IMG/VR virus record: IMGVR_UViG_3300037423_000600
Span: 1-64,000 of that record
DNA: 64,000 nt
Source of the DNA: a virus
Strand: one strand, 5' to 3'
Shown here: positions 38,176 through 46,864 of the stretch, in pieces
Position numbering within the stretch: position 1 is the first letter of the stretch
Layout: each line of letters begins with the position of its first letter
Position numbers and translations under genes: made by a program
The notes under the pieces: model-generated
Seen by the model: the letters and a program-made list of their open reading frames with translations, nothing else
What the model was told of the DNA's origin: nothing
Database searches by the model: none

Positions 38176-38457
38176 ATGGAAATGGATAACATGGAGGAAA
38201 CATTGGGATTGGTACTCACTTATTTTAAATCACTTCAATCTATCTTGGAATTGGCGGAAGGTAAAAAGGATTGGGAATTGGTCCAAACGGTTAGGGCTTC
38301 CTTGGAGGATATGGAGGTTGACTTGGGTTGGGATTACGGGGAATCGGATAAAACAGGCATCCAACAATGGCAAGGCGGAATGGACCGGGCGGAAGGGAAT
38401 TTCGGACATATTACGGAAATTCAAAACTTATCTCAAAAATTAAAGGCCGGGGAATAA
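38176..38457 (+). CDS. Small acidic early protein; gene almost free of isolated G
   Basis: TATAAT, leader hairpin, TTGGAGG, terminator; one singleton G (38320). Confidence 0.75.
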   Translation: MEMDNMEETLGLVLTYFKSLQSILELAEGKKDWELVQTVRASLEDMEVDLGWDYGESDKTGIQQWQGGMDRAEGNFGHITEIQNLSQKLKAGE

Positions 38458-38604
38458 TCCCGGTCTTTTTCTTTTCCTTCTATTATATAAGACACGACCT
38501 CGCCGGGCGGGGACAGGATTCTACAAATTACACAAGCCTTTAGGGCTATGGTATTATTTAAACATGGGCAGGGAACCCATAAACAACACATTGGAGGTAT
38601 TACG

Positions 38605-38877
38605 ATGCAGGGAACTATGGACAAATTGATTGAGGACCAACGCGAGTATGGAAAGGGTCTTATGACACGGGAGGAAAAATTGAGTCCCAATCCGATTCAA
38701 ACTAAATACAACGGGCGGAAGGTTTGGGTGGACGGCTACGGCTGGGGAACCATCAAAGGCGGATATCTTAACGACAGGCATCATATTTTCATCTTCTCGG
38801 CTTTTCATATCCACTTCGCTTCAGGTATCAAAACTACCATCTACGCCGCAAACATTCGGAAAATGGCTCGGGCTTAA
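38605..38877 (+). CDS. Hypothetical early protein
   Basis: TGGTATTAT, leader hairpin ATGGG-CAGGGAA-CCCAT, TTGGAGG. Confidence 0.65.
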   Translation: MQGTMDKLIEDQREYGKGLMTREEKLSPNPIQTKYNGRKVWVDGYGWGTIKGGYLNDRHHIFIFSAFHIHFASGIKTTIYAANIRKMARA

Positions 38878-38904
38878 TGCCCGGGTCTTACTCGGAGGGG
38901 AACC

Positions 38905-39048
38905 ATGGGACGACCGGAATCCAGACCACAACCACAAGATACCGACTTTGATGAAATGGACGGGACAGGAATTAGACGTTGGGAACTCCTTCTCGGCATC
39001 ACGACTATCCTTATCGCCAGCTATACCTTAATCGCCCTCTATCCTTGA
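38905..39048 (+). CDS. 47-aa membrane peptide
   Basis: GGAGGGG RBS; C-terminal hydrophobic helix LLLGITTILIASYTLIALY; terminator follows. Confidence 0.55.
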   Translation: MGRPESRPQPQDTDFDEMDGTGIRRWELLLGITTILIASYTLIALYP

Positions 39049-39127
39049 GGGCTTTTTTCTTACACCGAACCAAGTAATTTTCACGACACCTTTCCATAGA
39101 TTATACGCTCGGGGTATATTATAACTA

Positions 39128-39232
39128 TCCCGGGAGGGCTTTACCAAAGGCTCTTATCGGGAACCTCCAATACATCGGCCCGGCAGGGATTCCCGACATT
39201 AACCGATTCGCGGTTACTGTACCCGCCGGGCC
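39128..39232 (+). ncRNA. Candidate structured small RNA
   Basis: Downstream of TATATTATAAC; stems TCCCG/CGGGA, GGCCCGGC/GCCGGGCC and TAACCG/CGGTTA; no ORF with an RBS. Confidence 0.45.
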
Positions 39233-39587
39233 ACAATTTTGTGCCAAATTCATAGACATCTAGTATCCCTCCCTTGCCCTCCGATTTTTGTATCCCCCAG
39301 AAGAAGCCCTAGTAGCTATACATGCCTCGTTCTCAAAAGATTTCACGAATGTAAAACTTTACAAGACTAAAGGATTCAAACCGTAAAACCTATATTATAC
39401 CATAAAACAGGCCCTTCGGTCAAGGAGTCTAGGCAATAAATTTTTTCTTTCACGGACAGGCAAGGCAATAAAAAACATTATTCAAAAAGGACTTCTCAAA
39501 AACCCTTATAAGGCATATAATAGGTAATAGGTAAGGCGGGCCGGGCGGGAATCCACCCCTTACACTAACCTATTGGAGGGAATACAA

Positions 39588-40430
39588 ATGGCAAAAACAA
39601 ACGGCAAGGCAAACGGCGGGAAAAAGGTAACACCAAAAAAGGTAACACCAAAAAAGGTAACACTCCCGGAGGCTCTCAAATTACCGGAAACGGCGGGCCC
39701 GGAGGCAAACGGGGAATACTTCTACTTAACGGATACGGAGGCAAAAACGGCGGGCGGGACGGCTTTAGGCACACCGGAGGACTTGGCTAAGGCTATCCAA
39801 CAAACGGAGGAGGAAAAGGAAAAGGCTATCAAATTTATTTACGGGCCGGGCGGCCAAACATGGTCCATTCTTCCAATCCTCTTGGACCGGAAGGTTAATC
39901 CTTTCTTGGATACCCACTTCCCCATTACGGCCGGGCGGGTAACACAACAAACACTGGAGGAATGGAAAAAGGCTAACGGCACCATTACCATCATACCTAT
40001 CCAAGGCGGGGAATGGACATTTTACACGGTGGCAATACTTCCGGCCAAACAAACCACAATCAAACCTTGGGAATTAAAATGGGGACGGGAAACAGGCAAT
40101 TTCCTTCAATACACGGAATACAAGGAGGCGGAAAAAGGCATCATGGTAACACCCCAACAATACCTCATTACTAACATTACAACTAACCGGGGAAAGGCTA
40201 TCAATCAGGCTAAGGCATTGGGTAAGGTATTCAAATTGGATACCTCCACGGTGGAGGATAAGGCTAAGGTAACTTACACCATCACACCGGAAGGAAAAAT
40301 CCTACAGGCTAACAAAAATAACGGATTGGACAAAAAGGAATATAACTCTATCTCGGATATTATCGGACGGCAGGCAACCAAACATTATACATGGAATAAC
40401 TTGGTCAAGGCTTATACAGGCCGGGCTTAA
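39588..40430 (+). CDS. Hypothetical (putative immediate-early) protein; gene has no isolated G
   Basis: TATAAT near 39516, leader hairpin, TTGGAGG RBS, N-terminal KKVTP repeats, strong terminator. Confidence 0.85.
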   Translation: MAKTNGKANGGKKVTPKKVTPKKVTLPEALKLPETAGPEANGEYFYLTDTEAKTAGGTALGTPEDLAKAIQQTEEEKEKAIKFIYGPGGQTWSILPILLDRKVNPFLDTHFPITAGRVTQQTLEEWKKANGTITIIPIQGGEWTFYTVAILPAKQTTIKPWELKWGRETGNFLQYTEYKEAEKGIMVTPQQYLITNITTNRGKAINQAKALGKVFKLDTSTVEDKAKVTYTITPEGKILQANKNNGLDKKEYNSISDIIGRQATKHYTWNNLVKAYTGRA

Positions 40431-40433
40431 TCC

Positions 40434-40470
40434 AAAAAAAGGAAATTCTCTTCGGGGAATTTCCTTTTTT
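40434..40470 (+). terminator. Rho-independent terminator (bidirectional-type)
   Basis: AAAAAAAGGAAATTCTC-TTCG-GGGAATTTCCTTTTTT. Confidence 0.85.
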
Positions 40471-40667
40471 CTATTTCCACCCACCCACCTTCAAATTTTT
40501 GGAAATTCTACCCGTGCAAGTATATACTCATATGCGAAAAGGATATTCACGAAACCCTCGCTTCTGACACTTCCAGACCTTGTAAAACAATGGACGAGCT
40601 GGGGCGGAGGGGCTATAATTATAAGTGATATAACTCTTATATGAGGCGCAAGGGGAGGGCAACCACC

Positions 40668-42431
40668 ATGACTATAGAACTGGATGAATCAAAACGTAAG
40701 AAGCCCAAACGAGTATCTACCAAGCTCAAGCATAACAAAAGGGAACTGCGAGAGAAGCAGGGAACCACTCAAGATGAGGGAACTGCTTTAGACCAAAGGG
40801 AACGTGACTTAAATGAGATAGCTGACGAGAGGGCTAGGGAACTGGCGGAATCCGTAAAGGCCAAGACGACCTCTTTAGCCAAACGGGATGAACAGCTATC
40901 CGATTTGGTCGAGAAGATACTGTTGTACTGTGAAACCCAAGCGGACACGAAGTTACACGAATACCAAAAGGTATTTGCGCGGCGCGTCATCGAGTGTTTG
41001 GTGACGAATAGCGGGGATGAACTCACGGCCCTATTTTCTCGTCAGTCGGGTAAGACGGAGACGCTCGGGGTGGTGATTCCGGGGTGTATGGTATTACTGC
41101 CTCTGCTGGCGAAGATGATTCCGGATATGTACGAATTGAAGATGTATGCTAAAGGGTTCTGGGTGGGGATTTTTGCTCCTTCTAATGAGCAGGCGTATAC
41201 GGCGTTTACGCGGGTGCGGGAGAAAATACGGCACGGGAATGCGAAGGCGATTATGAATGACCCGGAGATTGATACGGATTTTGAGAATGAGAAAGGGAAC
41301 CCGATGCTGTTGACGAATGGGTCGTTGTGTCGGATGCAGTCGGCGGCGAAGCAATCCCAGATTGAGTCGAAGTCCTATCACATGGTACTGATTGACGAAT
41401 GTCAGGATGTCGATAATACGAAAATCAAGAAATCGATTCACCCGATGTTGGCGGCGTATAACGGACTCATTATTAAAATCGGGACCTCGAATACGAAGAA
41501 GTCGGACTTCTATGATGCGATACGGCGGAATATCCGGCAGGAGCAGAATTACGGGGCGAAGCAGAATCACTTCCAATATGACTATAAGACGGTGCAGAAA
41601 TACAATCCAAAATATAAGGCTTACATAGAGAAAGAGATTACGCGGCTTGGGTTTGATTCGGACGAATTTCGGATGGCGTATCGGCTCCACTTCATTCTGG
41701 ACCGGGGGATGTTTATTACGCAGGAGGATTTTGATGATATCCTAGTCTCTCCGGTGTTGAAGCACAAGACCGAGGAAATGTCGATGCCGTGTGCGGTCGG
41801 GATTGACGTAGCGAAGAGTGGGGACTCAACGGTGGTGACGGTTTTAGGGGTCGATTGGAGCAACAAGTATAAGAATGAGGAAACCGGGGAAGAAATCCCG
41901 ATGAAGTATGTGCTGAACTGGCTGGAGTTACAGGATGAGAAGCACGAGGCGCAGTTCTGGCAAATTGTGGATTTCCTTAAAAACTATAACGTCCATACGA
42001 TCTTCGTAGATTCGACGGGGATGGGGGACCCGGTGGCGGACCGTTTTGCGCATTACTATTCCGGTCAGTGTCACGTCGAAGGGTACCAGTTTACCCGGCC
42101 GTCGAAATCGACCATGTGGAAGTCGTTGAAACAGGAGATTGACGGGAACCGCCTAAAGGTGCCGGGCCATCCCCGGGCGCAACGGTTACGGCCCTTTATG
42201 AAATTCCGGTCGCAAATGCTCGACTTGGAGAAGGATTACGTGGGGCAATACATGGTCTGTCAGCATCCGGATGTCAAAGGGGCACACGATGACTATTGCG
42301 ACTCTTTAGGGCTGGCGAATTTGGCGGCGATGTCGAACTTTATGCCGGAAGTCGAGGAACATGACAGTCCATTTTATCCGCATAGCCGGACCTCGGTGGA
42401 GGAAAAACTGTTCGGGCGACGGAGGGCGTAG
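40668..42431 (+). CDS. terL: Terminase large subunit
   Basis: Walker A SRQSGKT, Walker B LIDECQ, nuclease GIDVAK, VDSTG.GDPV, HDDYCDSL. Confidence 0.92.
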   Translation: MTIELDESKRKKPKRVSTKLKHNKRELREKQGTTQDEGTALDQRERDLNEIADERARELAESVKAKTTSLAKRDEQLSDLVEKILLYCETQADTKLHEYQKVFARRVIECLVTNSGDELTALFSRQSGKTETLGVVIPGCMVLLPLLAKMIPDMYELKMYAKGFWVGIFAPSNEQAYTAFTRVREKIRHGNAKAIMNDPEIDTDFENEKGNPMLLTNGSLCRMQSAAKQSQIESKSYHMVLIDECQDVDNTKIKKSIHPMLAAYNGLIIKIGTSNTKKSDFYDAIRRNIRQEQNYGAKQNHFQYDYKTVQKYNPKYKAYIEKEITRLGFDSDEFRMAYRLHFILDRGMFITQEDFDDILVSPVLKHKTEEMSMPCAVGIDVAKSGDSTVVTVLGVDWSNKYKNEETGEEIPMKYVLNWLELQDEKHEAQFWQIVDFLKNYNVHTIFVDSTGMGDPVADRFAHYYSGQCHVEGYQFTRPSKSTMWKSLKQEIDGNRLKVPGHPRAQRLRPFMKFRSQMLDLEKDYVGQYMVCQHPDVKGAHDDYCDSLGLANLAAMSNFMPEVEEHDSPFYPHSRTSVEEKLFGRRRA

Positions 42432-42434
42432 GCT

Positions 42435-42620
42435 ATGGGAATCTGGATAGGGCGGGGATGTCCATTTACGAACTGCATCCATAATACCGGGAAGGATGAA
42501 GGGCTGGCTCCAAGTAAACGGAAGCGGTGCCGGAAGCGGAAACCTCGGATGTTAAATGAGGATGACGATAAGAAACGGTACTGTCTGGATGAAGTGGATT
42601 ACCGGGATTTTAATAAGTAG
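42435..42620 (+). CDS. Small Cys-containing hypothetical protein
   Basis: GGAGG RBS; CPF..C.HN. Confidence 0.5.
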   Translation: MGIWIGRGCPFTNCIHNTGKDEGLAPSKRKRCRKRKPRMLNEDDDKKRYCLDEVDYRDFNK

Positions 42621-42667
42621 GAATCACCCACCCTTAAACGTGGATATAATGGGAAGGAGGAAAGGGG

Positions 42668-42877
42668 ATGTATACGGTGGCTTATATGATTACAGGAATC
42701 GGCGCGTTTGGTATTACGCTTTTGGCTATCCTTCTCGGAATATTAAACTCGGGTACTGCGTTCCTTCTGGTATCGGCGGCGGGGCTTATATTCGGGCTCG
42801 GCGGGGCATTGGCGGCGGCCTCCGGTTCGGCTTTAGCCATATTTATTTTAGCAATTCTTATGGCTGTGTTCGTATAA
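42668..42877 (+). CDS. Small multi-pass membrane protein
   Basis: 69 aa, almost entirely hydrophobic; AAGGAGG RBS. Confidence 0.6.
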   Translation: MYTVAYMITGIGAFGITLLAILLGILNSGTAFLLVSAAGLIFGLGGALAAASGSALAIFILAILMAVFV

Positions 42878-42985
42878 GTTTGGTTGTGATTTCCATATCC
42901 TCATGTTATATTGTGGACAGGCACAGGTATTCTACTCCCAAGGGTGGATGACTTGTGTCTTTTTATGTATAAAGGAGGGGTTACT

Positions 42986-43240
42986 ATGCGAAATGCTACA
43001 TTAACCGTGAGCGGTACAGTTGTAGGGTTGACGGGGATTCCGGCCAACGTTTCTAAAGCGTTGATTTCTACGGAGTCCGCAGACATTCGGTATTGGGTGG
43101 ACGGTTCGGACCCGGATACAACACACGGCCATTTGATTTCCGCCGGGAGTGCGTTTGAACTGGAAACCAAAGGCGAGGTTCTTAATTTCCGGGCGATTGC
43201 GGTAAGTGGTTCGGCCACTCTGCAAGTCTCCTATGCGTAA
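42986..43240 (+). CDS. Small beta-rich protein
   Basis: AAGGAGG RBS; IRYWVDGSDP...GH. Confidence 0.65.
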   Translation: MRNATLTVSGTVVGLTGIPANVSKALISTESADIRYWVDGSDPDTTHGHLISAGSAFELETKGEVLNFRAIAVSGSATLQVSYA

Positions 43241-43252
43241 GGAGGGATTCGG

Positions 43253-43906
43253 ATGCGTATTCTTCGTTCGGGAGGCTCCGGCGGTACGGCTTCTAAACCT
43301 TTAGAGGGTGTGAAGATTTTCTTTTGTGGGGATAGCATCACGGCAGGGACCAATGCCACGAAACCTTATCATCAATGGGTAGCGGAAGAAACCGGGGCTA
43401 CGGTGAAGTTTAATGGCTCCGGCGGCTCCGGCTATTGGACAGGCGACCCTTTGTATAATCGTTATACGGAATTTGTGTGGCAACGAGATTCGGCGGACGC
43501 GGATATCATTATTCTTTTTATGGGTACGAATGATTGGAGGTACCCGGACCCATTTAATCTTGGGGCCCTTGGGGATACGACTGTATCTACCTTTTATGGG
43601 GCGGTGGATGATGCCTTTAGTAAATTGGTTGCGAAGTATCCTTTCAAAAAGGTTGGGGTAATTACGCCGCTCCCTAGTGTAAATGCGTGGAATAACGCCC
43701 ACGGAGAACTAAAGCAAATTTCTGATGCTCTAATAGATGTTTCCGGTAAGTATTCGTTCCCTTCCTTGGACCTTTACCGTTCATCCAATCTCCATGTGTC
43801 GGATACATCCTTTATATCTACCTATATGGAGGACGGTTTACACATTAATGATTTGGGACACAAATTAATTACCCCGCCGATTACATCATTCGTCCTATCT
43901 ATTTAA
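43253..43906 (+). CDS. SGNH/GDSL hydrolase (esterase)
   Basis: GDSIT block I, G block II, GTND block III, DGLH block V. Confidence 0.9.
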   Translation: MRILRSGGSGGTASKPLEGVKIFFCGDSITAGTNATKPYHQWVAEETGATVKFNGSGGSGYWTGDPLYNRYTEFVWQRDSADADIIILFMGTNDWRYPDPFNLGALGDTTVSTFYGAVDDAFSKLVAKYPFKKVGVITPLPSVNAWNNAHGELKQISDALIDVSGKYSFPSLDLYRSSNLHVSDTSFISTYMEDGLHINDLGHKLITPPITSFVLSI

Positions 43907-43924
43907 AAATACTAGGTAAAAGTA

Positions 43925-43953
43925 TTGTATAAAAAGGAAGGACATGTTATTAT
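43925..43953 (+). promoter_or_regulatory. SigmaA-type promoter upstream of the head operon
   Basis: TTGTAT-17 bp-TATTAT with TG extension. Confidence 0.55.
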
Positions 43954-44103
43954 GGTTATGAAGTACCTTTAACACTTATAACACATAATGCTCTCCTTCC
44001 TATACACAGATCATACGAGGCACATTGATAACGCATAGTCGCTATCAGTGTGCCTTTTTCTGTGTTCGGCGGGCATTAAATAAACTGAAAGGGCGTGTTC
44101 TCC

Positions 44104-44295
44104 ATGGCAGTTAACTCCACTAGCGGCGGTCGCTTGGGCGGCGGTGCTGGAAACAGCATCGGCAAACACTACACAAAGTCGGCTTCTGATGTACCGGGTG
44201 CTATGAAGTCGAACTTCTCCACAGGTCAAGGTATGGCAACCTCTCGCCAGCATCCGACCAACAAAAACCCTGATAACTCCAAGCACACTTCCTAA
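44104..44295 (+). CDS. Small Gly/Ser-rich protein
   Basis: ORF upstream of the portal gene. Confidence 0.5.
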   Translation: MAVNSTSGGRLGGGAGNSIGKHYTKSASDVPGAMKSNFSTGQGMATSRQHPTNKNPDNSKHTS

Positions 44296-44298
44296 TAA

Positions 44299-44583
44299 AT
44301 GGAAAACTTGGACGGTCAGGGTGGCTTCGTGGGTGGAGGGGTTCTCCCTCCTACTCCCGAAGATTACCGTAGAATGTGGGAACAGCAATCGAGGCAAATG
44401 AAACCGCAAGAATACGAGAGGGAGTCCGAAAAGAACAAGCGGGCGGCCCGGAGACAAGTCTTTCAGGAAGCTGTTCAACAGGCTGTAGCTGTCAAGGACT
44501 CGCGGTTGATTGATGTTTTCCACAATAATATCAATGTTTCCGAACCCAAGAAGGGCACAAAACGCGGAAAGAGAAAGGGGTAA
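44299..44583 (+). CDS. Hypothetical basic protein
   Basis: ORF directly upstream of the portal gene. Confidence 0.55.
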   Translation: MENLDGQGGFVGGGVLPPTPEDYRRMWEQQSRQMKPQEYERESEKNKRAARRQVFQEAVQQAVAVKDSRLIDVFHNNINVSEPKKGTKRGKRKG

Positions 44584-44589
44584 TGGCTT

Positions 44590-46110
44590 ATGGCAGACCC
44601 GTATGTATCAGGGCTGAATGTCACCGAGACTACGGCTGTTTCAGGAAACCCCTACTCTCTCCAAATGGGTATCTCGTCCGAAGAACTAAAGCGCGTCAAT
44701 CGGGAACTTCTTTACTGGAAGTTTTACAAGGGCATTCAATGGTCGTATAAACGGCCGGAGGGTGAACCGCAAAACACCATCAACTATTCCGCCCGCTTTG
44801 TGGACAAGGGTGTGGCTTTCCTTGCGGGGAAAGGCTTCACCATTAATGTTGAGAAAGGCGCGGAGGAAATTGTAAAGAAGCCTTTAGACGAAGTTTGGGA
44901 TGATAACCAGCGCGAATTGCTGTTCCTTGAAGCGGCTCAGGCCGGAGGGGTATCCGGAAATTCGTGGGTGAAGATTGTTGTCGAAGAGTACGATGAGGGT
45001 AAGCAACCTGTGATGGCAGACTTATACCCAAACGGACGAGTTCGGCTTTTACTTCTGCCCGGCCATGCATGTTTCCCAGAGTGGGACCCCCACGATAAGG
45101 ACCGTCTGGTAAAAATGAAAATCATCTATCCGATTGAGGTTAAGGACCTGAACGGCCGGATGGTGACGCATTGGTTCCGAGAAGAAATCGACGCGGATGA
45201 GATTGTTCAGTTCCTTGATGACGAAGAAGTGGAACGGCGGCCGAATGACCTTAAGGAAATCCCGGTAGTCCGAATCAAGAACTTGGTTCTGGCTAACGAG
45301 TCTTTAGGGAAATCGGACCTTCATGACATCCTTCCTTTGCAGAAGGAGTTTAATGAAAAAACGACTGACGTTTCGGACATCATCAACTACCATGCCGCAC
45401 CAATTACGCTGATTTTCGGCGCAAAGTCGAACAATCTGTCGAAAGGCGCGAATAAGGTATGGGGCGGGCTTCCTAAAGACGCGAAGGTCGAAAACTTGGA
45501 ACTGAAATCGGACTTGGCTTCTTCGATGAACTACATTGACCTGATTAAGAAGGCCCTGTTTGAAATCGGTAATATGCCACACGATGCTTTCGGTTCGGAG
45601 ACGAACGTTTCCAATACCTCCGGCGTGGCCCTTCATATTAAGAACCAACCCCTGATGGACATTACGAACATGAAACGTAAGACCTATGGGGAAGGGATTG
45701 AGCAGATTAACCGGATTATCATTCGGTACTTGTATCTGTATGGCCTCAACGGATTCGACAAGGCGAAATTCGATGCCTTAACTCCCCGGCAACGATGGGT
45801 GTACAGCACAGACTTCCCGAACCCGCTTCCGAAAGACGAGCTTATCCAGATGCAACTTATCGCTCAGAAGATTACTCTCCAACTCATGACTCGGATTGAT
45901 GCACTCAAGGAATTGGGTGAACATGATGCGGTTACGAAGCTGGACGAGATTAAGAAGGAATTTATCGAGTGGCAGGATATGATGTTCGCTACGGCGGCGA
46001 AGTACGAAACCAACTCGAATGGAAATTCCACGCTTAAGCCGAAGCCTGCGGGTAAAACCAACGTGGGCGGCATAGTCCCGAAGTTTGAACAGGCAAACGG
46101 AGGCGCGTAA
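44590..46110 (+). CDS. Portal protein (SPP1 gp6-like)
   Basis: 506 aa; IPVV.IKN...GKSDL, NTSGVAL, F...LPKD; position between terminase and head genes. Confidence 0.88.
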   Translation: MADPYVSGLNVTETTAVSGNPYSLQMGISSEELKRVNRELLYWKFYKGIQWSYKRPEGEPQNTINYSARFVDKGVAFLAGKGFTINVEKGAEEIVKKPLDEVWDDNQRELLFLEAAQAGGVSGNSWVKIVVEEYDEGKQPVMADLYPNGRVRLLLLPGHACFPEWDPHDKDRLVKMKIIYPIEVKDLNGRMVTHWFREEIDADEIVQFLDDEEVERRPNDLKEIPVVRIKNLVLANESLGKSDLHDILPLQKEFNEKTTDVSDIINYHAAPITLIFGAKSNNLSKGANKVWGGLPKDAKVENLELKSDLASSMNYIDLIKKALFEIGNMPHDAFGSETNVSNTSGVALHIKNQPLMDITNMKRKTYGEGIEQINRIIIRYLYLYGLNGFDKAKFDALTPRQRWVYSTDFPNPLPKDELIQMQLIAQKITLQLMTRIDALKELGEHDAVTKLDEIKKEFIEWQDMMFATAAKYETNSNGNSTLKPKPAGKTNVGGIVPKFEQANGGA

Positions 46111-46111
46111 G

Positions 46112-46864
46112 ATGGACAACCCTATGGCCCATTACATCCGGCAAGTAGTCTCGGCTTACATGAAGCTTCTTTCACAGTACGGGGACAGGGCGATTTTACC
46201 GCTAAAGAATGTGGAGCGGGTGACGGCCTTTAATACAGGATTCCTCACCGTGCATTACACGAAGTTGGCTAAGGAATTGGGTGACAAAACCCGGTCGTTT
46301 ATCGTTGAGGCGGTGGATGAAGTCATTCAGGCAACCATCAACCACTACAACGAACTCCACCGGAAGGCGGGGTATGAGCCTTTAGACGGAAAAGCCAAGG
46401 ACAAGCTTTGGGGTAGAATCCGAAAAGATTTTCTCCTTGCAAAGTTCAAAAGGCGGACGCTGGATGCGCGGGTGGACAATGCAACTATCCGGTTAATGGC
46501 AAATATCCTTCCCATCATTCAAACCTACGCCACGGCCTCGACAGACCACGACAGGGCTATTGCTACCATGGTGGATTACTTCACAGGAACCCACCCCATC
46601 CCGGGCGGGACGGCGGCAAGGTGGAACGGAAGGCTCTTAACTTCCGAACTCTTTAGGGCCTACCAATTCACGGCCAAACAAGTGCTGATGGAGTTAAAAG
46701 TCCCTAAGGTGAAATGGGTAAATACAGACCGACACACAGAAGAAAACATTACTGATGAATACGCCGCAACTACATACACCCCCAGACAACTCCCGCGTTA
46801 CCCATACCCTTGCAATGATTCATTCTTTGTACCCATTTATAAGGAGGAACTGGACAATGCTTAA
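46112..46864 (+). CDS. Putative head morphogenesis / minor capsid protein
   Basis: Follows portal; C-terminal ..KW...P.YP.PC pattern reminiscent of SPP1 gp7/MuF. Confidence 0.5.
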   Translation: MDNPMAHYIRQVVSAYMKLLSQYGDRAILPLKNVERVTAFNTGFLTVHYTKLAKELGDKTRSFIVEAVDEVIQATINHYNELHRKAGYEPLDGKAKDKLWGRIRKDFLLAKFKRRTLDARVDNATIRLMANILPIIQTYATASTDHDRAIATMVDYFTGTHPIPGGTAARWNGRLLTSELFRAYQFTAKQVLMELKVPKVKWVNTDRHTEENITDEYAATTYTPRQLPRYPYPCNDSFFVPIYKEELDNA

